This document shows positions 8,394 to 16,832 of a stretch of 24,813 bases of DNA, piece after piece; position 1 is the first letter of the stretch, and each line of letters opens with the position of its first letter. Both the position numbers and the translations under genes were made by a program. The stretch comes from a virus. Its lineage: Duplodnaviria > Caudoviricetes. Below the pieces are notes generated by a model. That model saw only the letters and a program-made list of their open reading frames with translations, did not search any database and was not told the origin of the DNA. Location of the stretch: IMG/VR virus record IMGVR_UViG_3300037631_001479, positions 1-24,813 of that record; one strand, given 5' to 3'.

Positions 8394-10526
8394 ATGCGCA
8401 TTGAACCAATGGACGAAATGACGGTTGAAGGCATCATCCAAAAGGCTGTGCAAGATGCTGTGGACTTTATTGAGGCTGAAATATCTGAGCCAAGGCTAAA
8501 AGCCCAACGCTACTTTGATGGCGAAACTGACATTGGTTACGAGGATGGTCGGTCTAAAGTTGTTGCTACAAAGTGCCGTGACGTTGTTCGCGGTATTAAA
8601 CCATCTATTCAGCGCGTATTTCTAAGCACAGAAAACCCTGTTGAGTTTGTGCCTCGTATGCCAGAGGACGTGCAAGTAGCAGAGCAAATGACACGTTATG
8701 CAAACTATAAGTTTATGCAGAACAACGGCTATCGTTTGCTGAGTGACGTATTCCAAGATGCGATGGTAAAGAAAACAGGCATTGCCAAGGTAATGTTTGA
8801 GGATAAGACGCGCAGCGAAATCTACACTGTTACGAATCTGACGGACGAAGAATACCAGTATATGGTGGAGCCTGACGATATTGAGGTTCTAGAGCATACG
8901 GTAACTGCAAGCATAGAAATTGATGAAATGGGCGTAGAGATTGAGCGTCCTATTCACGATGCAAAAGTTAGCCGCCAAATTCCTGATGGGGATATTCTTA
9001 TTGAAAGCATCCCGCCAGAGGAGTTCTTCATTGATAGAAATGCGCGTTCTGTTGATGACTTCTTTGTAGTGGGCCACCGCACAGACATGACCGTGGGCGA
9101 CCTAATCGCGATGGGTTATGACGAGGACGAGTTGTTTGGCCTTCAAGGGTCTATGGCTACGTTTGAGGCAGAGGCAGAATATGAACGCCGTGGCTATGCT
9201 GTGGACGAAGATGATGATGAAAGCGCAGACCCAACTTCTAAAAAAGTTGTGGTAACTGAGGCTTATATGAAGGTGGATATTGAGGGGACTGGCATTCCGC
9301 AGCTATACCAATTCATCTTGGCAGGCACCAACTACAAGATGCTTTCATATGAACTAGCAGACGAAGTGCCGTTTGCGGTGTTTGAGTGTGATCCAGAGCC
9401 ACACGCATTCTTTGGGCGTAGCCTTGTTGATTTGGTTATGGACGATCAGGATGCGGCGACAGCTATGTTGCGCGGTGTTCTTGATAACGTAGCACTAACT
9501 AACAACCCAGGCTTGGAAATCGTAGACGGTCAGGTTTCGGTAGATGATCTTCTAAACAACGAGATTGGGCGTATTGTTCGGGTTAAGCAACCTGGCAGCA
9601 TTCGTGAGCAAGTTGTTCCTTTCACAGCGGGTTCTACGCTCCCTGCACTACAATACTTTGATATGTTGGTAGACAACAAAACTGGCGTATCTAAGGCGGC
9701 ACAGGGTCTTGATCCTGATGTGTTGCAGAGTGCTACGGCTACAGCGGTTGCGGCTACTATGGAAGGTGCTGCGGGGCAGGCAGAGGTTATTGCGCGTAAT
9801 TTTGCTGAGGGCGGCATGAAACGCCTGTTCCAACTGATTGTTTCTTGTATCACCAAAAATACAGACAAAGAAGAAATCATCCGTCTAAATAACCAGTTCG
9901 TTGCAGTTGATCCGCGCGTCTGGAATGCAGACATGGATTTGATTGTAAACGTGGGTGTTGGCACTGGACGCGAAAACGAAAAGGCTGCGGTCTTGCGCGA
10001 AACCCTACAGATGCAAATGAGCGTGTGGCAGCAATACGGCCCGAACAATGGGTTGGTGACAATGACGAATGTTCGTAATACGCTTGCGGATATGTTGGCG
10101 GCTGTAGGCTTGAAAAACGCAGAGCGTTATTATTTGCCAGTTACGTTTGAAAGTGAACAGCAGCTAATCGCACAGAAACAGCAAGAGGCTGCAATGCAAG
10201 CGCAACAACAACAAGGTATGCCTGCAAGCGATCCTAACCAAGCGTTCTTGGCAGCGGAGCAAATGAAAGCTCAAGGCAAGATGCAAGTGGATATGGCTAA
10301 GTTGCAGCTAGACGCACAAAAGGCACAAGCTGACCAACAGTTTAAGATGCACGAATTGGCGATGAAAGATGATCTATCGCGTGATGAAATGGTGCAAGAC
10401 TTGGCTGTTAAGGTTGCTGAGATACTTGGCAAATACGGATCAGCTATTGATGTTGCAGCGGTAAAGGCAGAACAAGACGCGCCTAGACCGCATAACGAAG
10501 AAATGATGGGTGGTTATGGATTATAA
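8394..10526 (+). CDS. Portal protein (podoviral, P22/SU10-like)
   Basis: 710 aa; RYFDGE, RSKVV, IPPEEFFID, FFGRSLVDL motifs; Gln-rich C-terminal coiled-coil barrel; precedes scaffold and capsid genes. Confidence 0.9.
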   Translation: MRIEPMDEMTVEGIIQKAVQDAVDFIEAEISEPRLKAQRYFDGETDIGYEDGRSKVVATKCRDVVRGIKPSIQRVFLSTENPVEFVPRMPEDVQVAEQMTRYANYKFMQNNGYRLLSDVFQDAMVKKTGIAKVMFEDKTRSEIYTVTNLTDEEYQYMVEPDDIEVLEHTVTASIEIDEMGVEIERPIHDAKVSRQIPDGDILIESIPPEEFFIDRNARSVDDFFVVGHRTDMTVGDLIAMGYDEDELFGLQGSMATFEAEAEYERRGYAVDEDDDESADPTSKKVVVTEAYMKVDIEGTGIPQLYQFILAGTNYKMLSYELADEVPFAVFECDPEPHAFFGRSLVDLVMDDQDAATAMLRGVLDNVALTNNPGLEIVDGQVSVDDLLNNEIGRIVRVKQPGSIREQVVPFTAGSTLPALQYFDMLVDNKTGVSKAAQGLDPDVLQSATATAVAATMEGAAGQAEVIARNFAEGGMKRLFQLIVSCITKNTDKEEIIRLNNQFVAVDPRVWNADMDLIVNVGVGTGRENEKAAVLRETLQMQMSVWQQYGPNNGLVTMTNVRNTLADMLAAVGLKNAERYYLPVTFESEQQLIAQKQQEAAMQAQQQQGMPASDPNQAFLAAEQMKAQGKMQVDMAKLQLDAQKAQADQQFKMHELAMKDDLSRDEMVQDLAVKVAEILGKYGSAIDVAAVKAEQDAPRPHNEEMMGGYGL

Positions 10527-10758
10527 GAAACGTGCATTCAGGGCTAAAGAGCTACTGCGCAACGATGACTTCCTAGCCATCCTACAAGATTTGCGTGATC
10601 GCCAGATGGAGATTTTCGCGAATACCGCCGCCCAAGAAACGGATAAACGTGAGGAAGCTCACGCTGTTTTAAGGGCATTAAACCAAATTAAGTATCTTTT
10701 GCAGGCAGACGTTGATGCAGAGAAACTTATAGAGAAAAAAGGATCGGCACCGCAATGA
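10510..10758 (+). CDS. Small conserved head-module protein (Bbp19-like position); likely start at ATG 10516
   Basis: Helical protein (AKELL...REEAH) between portal and scaffold, overlapping both neighbours. Confidence 0.7.
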   Translation: MVMDYKKRAFRAKELLRNDDFLAILQDLRDRQMEIFANTAAQETDKREEAHAVLRALNQIKYLLQADVDAEKLIEKKGSAPQ

Positions 10759-11753
10759 CGACTGAACCCAACCCAAGCAGCATTGATGCTATTGCAAATT
10801 CACTTATGGCGGCAGAGCCTACCAGTGAAAGTAATCTAAACGAAGTTGCAGACGATTTGATCTTGGAACCTCAAGACGTTGAACCTGAGATTGAAGAAGA
10901 AGCAGCCGAGAGTGAAGATGTCGCTGACTACGAAAGCGATGATGATGAGTTCGTAGATGAGGATGAATACGCAGACGAAGCAGCCGTTCCGATGGAGCTT
11001 TCTGATGAATTAGAGCTAGAGGTTAAATCCGATGGCGTAACGAAGAAAGTGACCCTATCTGAGCTAAAGCGTGGCTACGCTGGACAAGATTACATCCAAA
11101 AGACGATGGAACAGAACGCCCAACAGCGCAAAGAGGTTGAGCAACTTTCCGAAGTCATGCAGCAAGATCGCCAACGGTTGGCAGAACTTGTTAATGCACT
11201 TGAGCAAGGCAACGCTCCCATGAGGCCACAACAACCATCAAAGGAACTGCAAAACAGTGACCCTTTAGGTTATTTGGAAGCGATGGAGCAATACCGTCAA
11301 GATGTCGCACAATACGACCAATTCCAACAACAAACACAAGCTGAGTTGGAAAAGTCGCGGCAGCAAGATTACGCATTATCTCAGCAATATGCGCAACAAC
11401 AAGCCGAGTTACTTCGCCAAGAGATACCAGAGTTGAATGATCCTGAAAAAAGCAAACAGCTTATGACGGACATCACAGATGTAGCAACTAATTACTACAA
11501 GGTGCCTCAAGAGGTATTAGGGGCGTTGACGCATGGTTGGGAGTTTAAAATTATGCGTGATGCGGTGGCTTATCGCAAACTTCAGGAGAAAAAGGGCAAG
11601 GTAGAGGAAAAAACCAAAGCCGCGCGTCCTTTAGTCAAGCCTGGTGCTAAACAGTCCAAAACCCAATCGTCCGAAAGGAAACGCCAACAGGCACGGGCGA
11701 AAATGCGTAAAGATGGCTCACCCGATAGTGTAGCCAATTTTCTCTTGTCATAG
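10755..11753 (+). CDS. Capsid scaffolding protein
   Basis: Acidic N-terminus, VK.DG...VTLSELKRGY..Q.DY..KT signature, coiled coil and basic C-terminus; directly upstream of the capsid gene. Confidence 0.85.
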   Translation: MTTEPNPSSIDAIANSLMAAEPTSESNLNEVADDLILEPQDVEPEIEEEAAESEDVADYESDDDEFVDEDEYADEAAVPMELSDELELEVKSDGVTKKVTLSELKRGYAGQDYIQKTMEQNAQQRKEVEQLSEVMQQDRQRLAELVNALEQGNAPMRPQQPSKELQNSDPLGYLEAMEQYRQDVAQYDQFQQQTQAELEKSRQQDYALSQQYAQQQAELLRQEIPELNDPEKSKQLMTDITDVATNYYKVPQEVLGALTHGWEFKIMRDAVAYRKLQEKKGKVEEKTKAARPLVKPGAKQSKTQSSERKRQQARAKMRKDGSPDSVANFLLS

Positions 11754-11768
11754 TGAAAGGACACTACA

Positions 11769-12734
11769 ATGGCTGTAACAGCTAATACAAACGAGACATA
11801 TGATGTCTCTACAATTCGTGAAGACCTCAGCGACGCGCTGGCATCTATCACGCCGACAGAAACTATTTTCATGTCTACAATCGGCACACGCAACATTGAC
11901 AACACTTACTTTGAGTGGAGTGAAGTTGATCTTGCAGCGGCTGGTGCAAACCGTCAGATTGAAGGTGACGTTGGTCTATCTAACTCAGCACCTACAAATG
12001 CAGTTCGCAAAGGAAATTATTCACAAATTTCAGCGAAAGTTGTAGAGGTGTCGTCAACTGCGACAGCGGTCAACGGTGTAGCAGATGCACAGTCAGTTGC
12101 GCGTCAGGTAGCTTACAAGCTGTCAGAAATGAAACGCGACATGGAAAAGATGTTGTTGGACAACGTAGCAGCGTCAGCGGGTGCTTCTGGCACAGCGCGT
12201 CAAACTGCGGGTCTACCAGCGTTTTTGACATCTAACACTGCGCGTGGCACTTCTGGTGCAGACGGCACAACATCTGGTTCTGGTGAAGCAGGCTACCCAG
12301 ATGCGGCAGCTACAGACGGCACACAACGTGCAATCACAGAAGACATCCTAAAAGGTGTTATTGCTGATTGTTGGGACAGCGGTGCAGAGCCATCAGTTGT
12401 TCTATGTGGATCGTTCAACAAGCAAACTATTTCTGGCTTCACAGGTAACGCGACACGTTACAAAGAAGCAGAAGACAGTAAGCTAAATGCTGCGATTGAC
12501 GTCTATATCAGCGATTTCGGGGAATTGCAGATTGTTCCTGCGAGGCATGTGCGTGCGCGTGATGTGTTCGTTCTTGATCCGAACTATGCAGCGGTTGCTT
12601 ACCTACAAACAGCGAAGCAAGAACCTCTTGCAAAAACTGGTTTGTCAGAACGCCGTTTGATCTCTGCGGAGTATGGCCTACAGGTCACTTCACAGAAAGC
12701 ACACGGTGTCGTTGCAGACTGCACAACATCATAA
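11769..12734 (+). CDS. Major capsid protein (SU10/DUF5309-like)
   Basis: REDLSD, FEW, EGD, NYSQI, KRDME and YISDFG motifs; followed by a terminator. Confidence 0.9.
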   Translation: MAVTANTNETYDVSTIREDLSDALASITPTETIFMSTIGTRNIDNTYFEWSEVDLAAAGANRQIEGDVGLSNSAPTNAVRKGNYSQISAKVVEVSSTATAVNGVADAQSVARQVAYKLSEMKRDMEKMLLDNVAASAGASGTARQTAGLPAFLTSNTARGTSGADGTTSGSGEAGYPDAAATDGTQRAITEDILKGVIADCWDSGAEPSVVLCGSFNKQTISGFTGNATRYKEAEDSKLNAAIDVYISDFGELQIVPARHVRARDVFVLDPNYAAVAYLQTAKQEPLAKTGLSERRLISAEYGLQVTSQKAHGVVADCTTS

Positions 12735-12740
12735 TAGATT

Positions 12741-12765
12741 GGGGGCTACGGCCCCCTTTCACTTT
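12741..12765 (+). terminator. Rho-independent terminator after the capsid gene
   Basis: GGGGGC-TACG-GCCCCC followed by TTTCACTTT. Confidence 0.75.
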
Positions 12766-12776
12766 GAGGTGGTAGT

Positions 12777-13043
12777 ATGGCTAAAATTAAAATCACAACA
12801 GATAGAACCTGGGTCGGCGGCAAGAAAGCCGAAAAGGGCCAGACATACGAAGTAACAGCGGCAGAGGCTAAAGTTCTTATTGCTAATGGCTTCGGTGAAG
12901 AAATTACAAAGGCTGCGCCAAAACGAGCGCGTGATGCTAAAGGGAAACTAAAAGCTGATGACCCTTCTACACCAGATGTAAATGAAGCGTGGGAAGGCGG
13001 GAAAGCACCAAAGAAACGCGGAAGGCCAAAGAAGAATGGATAA
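12777..13043 (+). CDS. Small basic head-associated protein with C-terminal AT-hook-like motif
   Basis: GAGGT RBS; RARDAKGKLKADDPSTPDVNEAW motif and terminal KKRGRPKK. Confidence 0.75.
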   Translation: MAKIKITTDRTWVGGKKAEKGQTYEVTAAEAKVLIANGFGEEITKAAPKRARDAKGKLKADDPSTPDVNEAWEGGKAPKKRGRPKKNG

Positions 13044-13317
13044 CATCTTAGATACCTCATGGCATAGTGAAGATGATAAGGTTGTTGTAAAACGCAGCCA
13101 AGATATTCAAAGCATTTTGGACTTCAACAAAGAGCGCAATATTGACGGTCACAATAAAAAGTCAGACATGCGTTTGGCTGGTTCAATACCTTTTGTGGTT
13201 GCTGAAATGTGGTCGCGGGAATGCGGTGCTAAAATAGGATCGCAAGAGTTTGCAGAATATGTTAAAAAGAAGTTGATGAGTGGTGAATTTAGCAAGCTGA
13301 TTGCGAATGGTTATTAG
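13036..13317 (+). CDS. Conserved phage hypothetical protein (93 aa; start revised from 12982 to ATG 13036)
   Basis: In frame with the track ORF; ATG overlaps the end of the previous gene; RSQDIQSILD.NK and GSIP motifs. Confidence 0.7.
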   Translation: MDNILDTSWHSEDDKVVVKRSQDIQSILDFNKERNIDGHNKKSDMRLAGSIPFVVAEMWSRECGAKIGSQEFAEYVKKKLMSGEFSKLIANGY

Positions 13318-13327
13318 GGCTAAAACA

Positions 13328-13540
13328 ATGAAATTTGTGCAAGATTACATGGGTTTTGTAATTGCTATTGCTGGTGCGGCAGTTGCTGCGGCATGGTGGG
13401 TTATCAACAATGTTCTCACGAGCAAATCACAGGTTAAGCTATTAGAGCAAAAGACTGATATGATGATTCAGATGATGGCAGAAATGCGTGAAGATCAGAA
13501 AGAAATGCGCAAAGACATCCATCAGTTGATGACCAAGTGA
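13328..13540 (+). CDS. Small single-TM protein with coiled-coil tail (lysis region)
   Basis: Hydrophobic GFVIAIAGAAVAAAWWVI followed by heptad-like sequence; start revised to ATG 13328. Confidence 0.65.
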   Translation: MKFVQDYMGFVIAIAGAAVAAAWWVINNVLTSKSQVKLLEQKTDMMIQMMAEMREDQKEMRKDIHQLMTK

Positions 13541-13544
13541 TGCT

Positions 13545-14021
13545 ATGGATCCCGTTAGCTGCGTAGCACTTGCAACAGGAGCGTATAAGACGCTTAAAGC
13601 AGCTATTTCTACGGGCAAAGATATACAAGAAATGGGCAACACGATTGCAACGTGGGGCCAAGCCTTTTCCGATTTCAATAGATTAGAAGAACGTCAGAAG
13701 AACCCGCCTTGGTGGGAAAAGACGTTTAAAGGTTCTGATGAAGAAACGGCGATCTTGATTTGGAACCAGAAGCGCAAAATGGAGCAAATGCGCAAAGAAA
13801 TTAAAGATCATATTTCTTTCATATATGGGCCATCGGCATGGGATGAGGTTCTTAGAATAGAAGCGGAGCAGCGGCGTATTCGCAAAGAGGCTGCATACAA
13901 AAAACAAGAGTTTATAGATAACTGCATAAATTGGGCGGTTGGCCTTTTGGCTTTTGCAGTTGGCGGGGTTTTACTTGTTGCTGCTATTTATATTGTTGGT
14001 AAAGCAAGGGGGCGGTGGTGA
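13545..14021 (+). CDS. Hypothetical membrane protein (coiled coil plus C-terminal TM)
   Basis: 158 aa ORF in operon context; C-terminal hydrophobic helix. Confidence 0.75.
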   Translation: MDPVSCVALATGAYKTLKAAISTGKDIQEMGNTIATWGQAFSDFNRLEERQKNPPWWEKTFKGSDEETAILIWNQKRKMEQMRKEIKDHISFIYGPSAWDEVLRIEAEQRRIRKEAAYKKQEFIDNCINWAVGLLAFAVGGVLLVAAIYIVGKARGRW

Positions 14022-14197
14022 TGCTGTATATACTTGTGTTTATACAATACATTCCATCAACGACATTAAAGTATTACCAAATAGGGCCATCATATAGCAC
14101 GTTTGAAGAATGCGAACAGGAACGCAGAAAAGCAAAAGAGGGTTTAATAGTTCACAACAGCCAAACGGTGGCTTGTCTTGAGGTTAGTGGAAAATAA
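14015..14197 (+). CDS. Small hypothetical protein with hydrophobic N-terminus and a Cys pair
   Basis: Overlaps the upstream stop; Y.TFEECE...VACL pattern. Confidence 0.6.
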   Translation: MVMLYILVFIQYIPSTTLKYYQIGPSYSTFEECEQERRKAKEGLIVHNSQTVACLEVSGK

Positions 14198-14324
14198 ACT
14201 GGGTCAGTGGGTTGTTTTGACGGATGATAATAAAGTGGTTATCATCACTACGCATAAGAGAATAGCCGAAAGGTATTTCAATGAACAAGGAAAACTACGA
14301 TCTAAACGGAAACGGAAAGATTGA
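14178..14324 (+). CDS. Small hypothetical protein (48 aa, TTG start), not in the ORF track
   Basis: Translates to MRLVENKLGQWVVLTDDNKVVIITTHKRIAERYFNEQGKLRSKRKRKD; GGTGG upstream; fills the gap between neighbouring genes. Confidence 0.5.
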   Translation: MRLVENKLGQWVVLTDDNKVVIITTHKRIAERYFNEQGKLRSKRKRKD

Positions 14325-14613
14325 TCCTGATGAGCGCGAGATCATGCTTGAAGATCGTCGCAGGCGTATGGAAGATCAAGACGCCAAGAGAGACACGCAG
14401 AGGCGGCTTACAGTAGCGTGTACGGCTGGAATGCTTGTCTACCCGCTAGTTATCTTTCTCGCAGTATGGGTGGGCTTAGATCGGGCCGCAGAGCTAATTA
14501 CCGATATAGCTAGTGTTTATGTGATTGGTGCCAGTGGTGTTGTGGCGGCATACTTTGGTTTTAACGCAATGGAAGCCAATGTCTCGCGGAAAGAAAACGT
14601 AGATGTCAGGTGA
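14281..14613 (+). CDS. Two-TM membrane protein with N-terminal EF-hand-like loop (holin/antiholin-like)
   Basis: DLNGNGKIDPDE matches the 12-residue EF-hand loop; two hydrophobic helices ending VVAAYFGF; lysis-module context. Confidence 0.7.
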   Translation: MNKENYDLNGNGKIDPDEREIMLEDRRRRMEDQDAKRDTQRRLTVACTAGMLVYPLVIFLAVWVGLDRAAELITDIASVYVIGASGVVAAYFGFNAMEANVSRKENVDVR

Positions 14614-14698
14614 GCAGGTACTAACGCACGTTATTGTAAAGCTGCTAGAGATTATTCTGGGCGTTGAGATGACGCTGTATCAGGGGGTTATGGTGTAA
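14603..14698 (+). CDS. 31-aa hydrophobic peptide, not in the ORF track
   Basis: MSGEQVLTHVIVKLLEIILGVEMTLYQGVMV; its TAA overlaps the holin ATG (TAATG). Confidence 0.5.
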   Translation: MSGEQVLTHVIVKLLEIILGVEMTLYQGVMV

Positions 14699-15102
14699 TG
14701 TTTGATTTGTTGGGAAAACTGGTTGATCCAGTAAGCAACATTCTGGACAAGGTTGTTGAGGATAAAGACCAGAAAGCCAAACTTGCGCACGAAATCGCAA
14801 CAATGGCAGAGCGTCATGCACAAGAGTTAGCGCGTGGTCAGATAGAGATAAACAAAGAAGAAGCCAAGTCACGCAACATCTTCATAGCAGGGTGGCGTCC
14901 GTTCGTTGGTTGGACTTGCGGGTTGGCATTGTTCTGGCATTTCTTGGGCTTGCCTGTCACACTTTTTGTGACGGGTTGGTTTGATTTACAGCATCCACCA
15001 TTGCCAGAGTTTGACATGCAAAGCCTGATGACAGTGTTGTTGGGAATGCTTGGCTTAGGTGGGATGCGCACTTTTGAAAAGTTTAAGGGAGTAACGAAAT
15101 GA
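14698..15102 (+). CDS. Holin (3TM 'gene-transfer release' holin family)
   Basis: IEINKEEAKS..IFIAGWRPFVGW and LLGMLGLGGMRTFEK signatures; adjacent to the endolysin. Confidence 0.88.
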   Translation: MFDLLGKLVDPVSNILDKVVEDKDQKAKLAHEIATMAERHAQELARGQIEINKEEAKSRNIFIAGWRPFVGWTCGLALFWHFLGLPVTLFVTGWFDLQHPPLPEFDMQSLMTVLLGMLGLGGMRTFEKFKGVTK

Positions 15103-15569
15103 GTTTTAAATTATCAAATCGCAGCTTGGGCAAGTTAAAGGGTGTTCACCCTGATATGGTTGCAACGGTTAAACGTGCTATTGAACTGACCAAGGTAGAT
15201 TTTGGCATTTCATGCGGTTTGCGCACCGTAGAGGAACAGAAACGCTTGGTCGCTACTGGTCGGTCACAAACCATGAACAGCAAGCATATACCGCAGTCTG
15301 ACGAATATTCACACGCCGTGGACTGTTTAGCGTATGTTGATGGCGATGTGGTCTGGGAAATCAATGTTTACGATGACATCTGCGATGCAATGGCTGCGGC
15401 TGCGAAAGAAACAGGTGCATCTGTTAAATGGGGTGCTGCGTGGTCGGAGGGTGATATACGCGCCTATAACAGCACCGCAGAGGCAGCTATGAACGCCTAC
15501 ATTGATCTAAGACGTTCACAGGGCCGCAGACCATTTATTGATGGGCCGCACTTTGAGTTAATGGCCTAA
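15099..15569 (+). CDS. Endolysin, peptidase M15 family (L-Ala-D-Glu peptidase-like)
   Basis: LS.RS..KL.GVHP, GLRT.EEQ, SKH, HAVD, WG..W and DGPHFEL Zn-peptidase motifs. Confidence 0.9.
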   Translation: MSFKLSNRSLGKLKGVHPDMVATVKRAIELTKVDFGISCGLRTVEEQKRLVATGRSQTMNSKHIPQSDEYSHAVDCLAYVDGDVVWEINVYDDICDAMAAAAKETGASVKWGAAWSEGDIRAYNSTAEAAMNAYIDLRRSQGRRPFIDGPHFELMA

Positions 15570-15780
15570 GTTTAGGTTTTATTGATCTGGATAGAGTGTT
15601 GGTGCGTATACAGTACATATTAACATCGCTATCCACGTTGAAATACTTATACATATCTTCATTGTCGCGGATTGCTATTTGACAAGCCTCATAGTCTGGC
15701 AAGATCAAATATGTTTCTATGTCAATCCCACGCAGTGAATATTCTATGTATAACGCTGTAAAAAATTCCATTGCACTCAC
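15535..15780 (-). CDS. Hypothetical protein (start may be ATG 15771)
   Basis: Last gene of the leftward block; converges on and overlaps the endolysin 3' end; Cys pair and SIKPKLRP tail. Confidence 0.65.
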   Translation of the reverse strand: MSAMEFFTALYIEYSLRGIDIETYLILPDYEACQIAIRDNEDMYKYFNVDSDVNMYCIRTNTLSRSIKPKLRPLTQSAAHQ

Positions 15781-15878
15781 TTTCTGTTTTGTTATCTTGT
15801 CGCAGTGGGCGGTTTTTACCCAGTTTTTGTTGGTAATCCCCTAGCTTATCCCGACACCTAGCAGCCGCCCACACGATC

Positions 15879-16232
15879 CTACTTTTCTCTTGGCAAATGC
15901 CACTTTTCAATCTGCGCCATAACTGCGTTTTCTGAGACACCCTCAACGTAGGCAATGTCATCTATGGTCATTTGTATGCAGAGCATACGGTTGACGCGCT
16001 GGGCAAGCTGTGAGGCTCTCTTAGGCCACTTGTAGGCGTATTCATTGATCTTCTTTGGGGTGCGAGGCTCTCTTGGCTTTGGCTGCACCTCTGGCTTTGC
16101 TGCTGTTTTCTTTTTGATTTCAGCTTTTTTCCAGTTTTCTTGTTCTCGTTTCATTTGCCACATTGTTGCGATTTCTGCTTCTGTCGGGCGTCGTCCATAA
16201 AGTTTCGTAAAACTTTCCGTCAGATTTACCAT
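15879..16232 (-). CDS. Hypothetical protein with possible C-terminal HTH
   Basis: TAATG coupling; basic linker; MTIDDIAYVEGVSENAV resembles a helix-turn-helix. Confidence 0.65.
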   Translation of the reverse strand: MVNLTESFTKLYGRRPTEAEIATMWQMKREQENWKKAEIKKKTAAKPEVQPKPREPRTPKKINEYAYKWPKRASQLAQRVNRMLCIQMTIDDIAYVEGVSENAVMAQIEKWHLPREK

Positions 16233-16411
16233 TAGATGTTATATCCTTTTTTCCTCAATTCTGCTGTAAACCGCCGCAGTTCTTGTTGTGCTGCGAATAT
16301 TTCATTGTTGATGCCAGGTCTTGCATCTGTGCGGTATCGCTCATCTTGCAACCGATCTACCTGCTTGCGCAAGTATTTTAGTATCTGCTCGTCGGCTGGG
16401 TTTAGTTTCAT
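16232..16411 (-). CDS. Hypothetical protein (59 aa; start revised from 16498)
   Basis: MKLNPADEQ... begins at a TGATG overlap with the upstream small ORF and ends in TAATG. Confidence 0.7.
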   Translation of the reverse strand: MKLNPADEQILKYLRKQVDRLQDERYRTDARPGINNEIFAAQQELRRFTAELRKKGYNI

Positions 16412-16512
16412 CACCACCATCCTTTCACTGTGCCTAAAGTCCATGTTGCTACTGCGGCTGCAAATAGCACTGCTATAATTGTGTCTTCCCATGTCCACTT
16501 ACCATAATGCAT
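16411..16512 (-). CDS. 33-aa single-TM peptide, not in the ORF track
   Basis: MHYGKWTWEDTIIAVLFAAAVATWTLGTVKGWW; coupled at both ends (TAATG and TGATG). Confidence 0.7.
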   Translation of the reverse strand: MHYGKWTWEDTIIAVLFAAAVATWTLGTVKGWW

Positions 16513-16772
16513 TACGCTGCCCCCCATGCTACGTCTTCATAATGCTCAAACCATTCGGGGCTTTCCAAATATGCCTTAATGCGCTTTGGCAGTTTGTAAG
16601 CGTCTGCGCCTTTAATCTTAGTGCGGCCCTCTGCTAGGTGAACATAATCTAAGTCAAAGTAATGTTCATCGTGGTCTAGTGATCCTACGATAACAATTTT
16701 AAACTCAACACCCTTAACCTCAACTATTGTTGTTGCGTGGTGCGTTGTGCGTCCTAGTGTAAAAAATCCCAT
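16512..16772 (-). CDS. Hypothetical early protein
   Basis: AAGGAAG RBS; first gene after a leftward promoter. Confidence 0.7.
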   Translation of the reverse strand: MGFFTLGRTTHHATTIVEVKGVEFKIVIVGSLDHDEHYFDLDYVHLAEGRTKIKGADAYKLPKRIKAYLESPEWFEHYEDVAWGAA

Positions 16773-16803
16773 TGGTTCGCTTCCTTTCTTACTGTATATG
16801 TAA

Positions 16804-16832
16804 ACAATAGCGTTACTTTTTGTCAGTGTAAA
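16804..16832 (-). promoter_or_regulatory. Leftward sigma70-type promoter
   Basis: Minus strand reads TTTACA-17 bp-TATTGT. Confidence 0.55.

Noticed and set aside
165-13060. Opposite-strand or out-of-frame ORFs in the structural region (e.g. 165-575, 990-1370, 6032-6472, 9530-10048, 12746-13060)
   Set aside because: They shadow well-supported structural genes and show no recognisable motifs.
14698-15102. Gene transfer agent interpretation prompted by the holin family name
   Set aside because: The window encodes its own replication and recombination genes and a podoviral head/tail set, unlike RcGTA-type clusters.
15805-15872. tRNA or hammerhead ribozyme identity for the junction element
   Set aside because: There are no T-loop/D-loop consensus sequences or fourth arm, and the CUGAUGA/GAAA core is absent.
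15722-15961. 79-aa minus-strand ORF
   Set aside because: It overlaps both neighbours extensively, and its unique part coincides with a multi-stem structure; not fully excluded.
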